DNA of 37,852 bases. Source: an uncultured Gammaproteobacteria bacterium. GTDB taxonomy: Bacteria > Pseudomonadota > Gammaproteobacteria > UBA6429 > Thiohalophilaceae. The notes beneath the pieces were generated by a model. It saw only the letters and a list, made by a program, of their open reading frames with translations. It was not told the DNA's origin and did no database searches. The position numbers and the translations under genes are program-made. Where the stretch lies: assembly GCA_965368945.1 (NCBI GenBank), contig CBDUOW010000001.1, forward strand, positions 1 through 37,852. The letters are read 5' to 3'. Each line of letters begins with the position of its first letter. The stretch's first letter is position 1. Below, one piece after another: positions 37,032 through 37,852 of this stretch.

Positions 37032-37047
37032 AGTGATAATTATCACT
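37032..37047. promoter_or_regulatory. Perfect 16-bp palindrome AGTGATAATTATCACT upstream of the FimX-like gene
   Basis: AGTGATAA|TTATCACT with no spacer. It sits in the 114-120-nt gap between the upstream gene stop (37068) and the FimX-like start, about 85 nt from that start. The core TGATAA/TTATCA resembles Fur-box half-sites but lacks the canonical 7-1-7 spacing. Confidence 0.45.
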
Positions 37048-37067
37048 CAATGCCACTGCAAGTGGGA

Positions 37068-37852
37068 CTATATCGAGGACCAGACCAGGCCAAAATCCTG
37101 CTCAGCCTGCTGTTCTTTCTGCTCAGTGCTTTCTTTGACCTTGTCAGCATCCAGGAATTCAAACCGGAATTGCGCGAATAAGCCGGTGTTCTGCACCAGG
37201 TGGGTTAATGCGACCCGTACATCCTTACCCCGCATGTTTAACATCAGTTTGTTACCGACACGCCAGGGCACGGGCGCGGTAATAAGTGTCGCCGGCTGTT
37301 TAATGGCGGGGATCTCAGGCAATAACAGGGTCCGTTGGTAATTGAAGTCTTTACCGTTGGCAGCGGCAGTTCGCAGGCCCATAGCTGCGGCATCCGGATT
37401 CAGCATTTCGATGCCGAGCTGCATTTCCTGCTGGGGATTGAATTTCATCCAGCGGATAACGCCAATTCCCCATTTCCAGGACTGCTCGTTGTTGCTTCGG
37501 CGGATTCCGACGAGTTCACCCACCTGGGCCTTGGTGCTGTTGCCTTCCGCATATTCCAGGCAATAGCCACTTGCACTCTCATTGGTAATTAACCAACTGC
37601 CTAACGACAAGTCAGGTTGCTTCTGTGGCTTTTCCCCCGCATACAGTGGTGGTTTGGCAGACGAAGGCGGCGGCTCATCGGATATGGCCAGCTCTTGAGT
37701 CACAATCCTGGTCAGATCCACATCTTTGCCATCGGGATAAACCGTATTCCAGACATCAGGATTTTTGTCAGACAGACTTTTAACCGCATTGCTTTCAAAC
37801 TCGGCCCGATGGGCAAAGGGATCGTTTGGAATGTGCTGAGAGTCCTGCCGAT
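37068..37852 (-). CDS. Hypothetical protein, C-terminal part with a PilZ-like beta-barrel (5' end outside the window)
   Basis: My manual translation stays open upstream of the tracked GTG at 37721 to the window edge (...FAHRAEFESNAVKSLSDKNPDVWNTVYPDGKDVDLTRIV...). It has NESASG (D/NxSxxG pattern) followed by ELVGIRR...GIGVIRWMKF...LGIEML, as in PilZ barrels. No RxxxR occurs in the roughly 45 residues before it. Confidence 0.6.
   Translation of the reverse strand, partial: RQDSQHIPNDPFAHRAEFESNAVKSLSDKNPDVWNTVYPDGKDVDLTRIVTQELAISDEPPPSSAKPPLYAGEKPQKQPDLSLGSWLITNESASGYCLEYAEGNSTKAQVGELVGIRRSNNEQSWKWGIGVIRWMKFNPQQEMQLGIEMLNPDAAAMGLRTAAANGKDFNYQRTLLLPEIPAIKQPATLITAPVPWRVGNKLMLNMRGKDVRVALTHLVQNTGLFAQFRFEFLDADKVKESTEQKEQQAEQDFGLVWSSI

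Noticed and set aside
1-37852. Search for CRISPR arrays, tRNA or rRNA genes, IS elements, integrases, or long direct or inverted terminal repeats.
   Set aside because: No intergenic gap exceeds about 375 nt. No periodic repeat-spacer pattern, no tRNA-like cloverleaf region and no transposase- or integrase-like translation was seen on either strand.

Overview
This 37.9 kb window looks like core chromosome from a sulfur-oxidising gammaproteobacterium. G+C is roughly 50% by eye, with clear local swings. I call 31 protein genes (two cut by the window edges), 3 intrinsic terminators and a few candidate regulatory sites. I found no rRNA, tRNA, CRISPR array, transposase, integrase or phage gene.

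Gene order, left to right:
- clpB (3' part)
- an orphan sensor histidine kinase and a SHOCT-tailed membrane protein, divergent from msrPQ
- a stand-alone soxB, then hemH
- a 2-hydroxyacid dehydrogenase, a DUF2914-like secreted protein and a small acidic protein
- ettA, divergent from an RND efflux pair (adaptor plus pump, no outer-membrane factor)
- a LysR regulator, a 121-aa unknown protein translationally coupled to perM, then PIN-PhoH (PhoH2) and bcp
- dapA-bamC-MBL hydrolase-purC, then parE-parC
- a sensor-HAMP class III adenylate cyclase translationally coupled to a helical/TPR lipoprotein
- an HtpX-like M48 protease and a DUF1015 protein
- a FimX-like degenerate REC-PAS-GGDEF-EAL protein, preceded by a truncated gene with a PilZ-like barrel

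The order perM/bcp/dapA/bamC/purC and the linkage of parE/parC to fimX match what I recall from E. coli and Pseudomonas, so this is not an obvious accessory island.

I saw no clearly novel multi-gene system, and no finding scores above 0.5. The loci most worth follow-up are:
1. the cyclase-lipoprotein pair;
2. the FimX-like gene with its PilZ-like neighbour and a perfect 16-bp palindrome between them;
3. PhoH2 wedged between perM and bcp;
4. the orphan kinase/SHOCT pair opposite msrPQ;
5. several intergenic repeats and dyads, including one perfect CRP-type site.

All calls rest on reading the sequence and ORF translations and on remembered family motifs. No database search was run.
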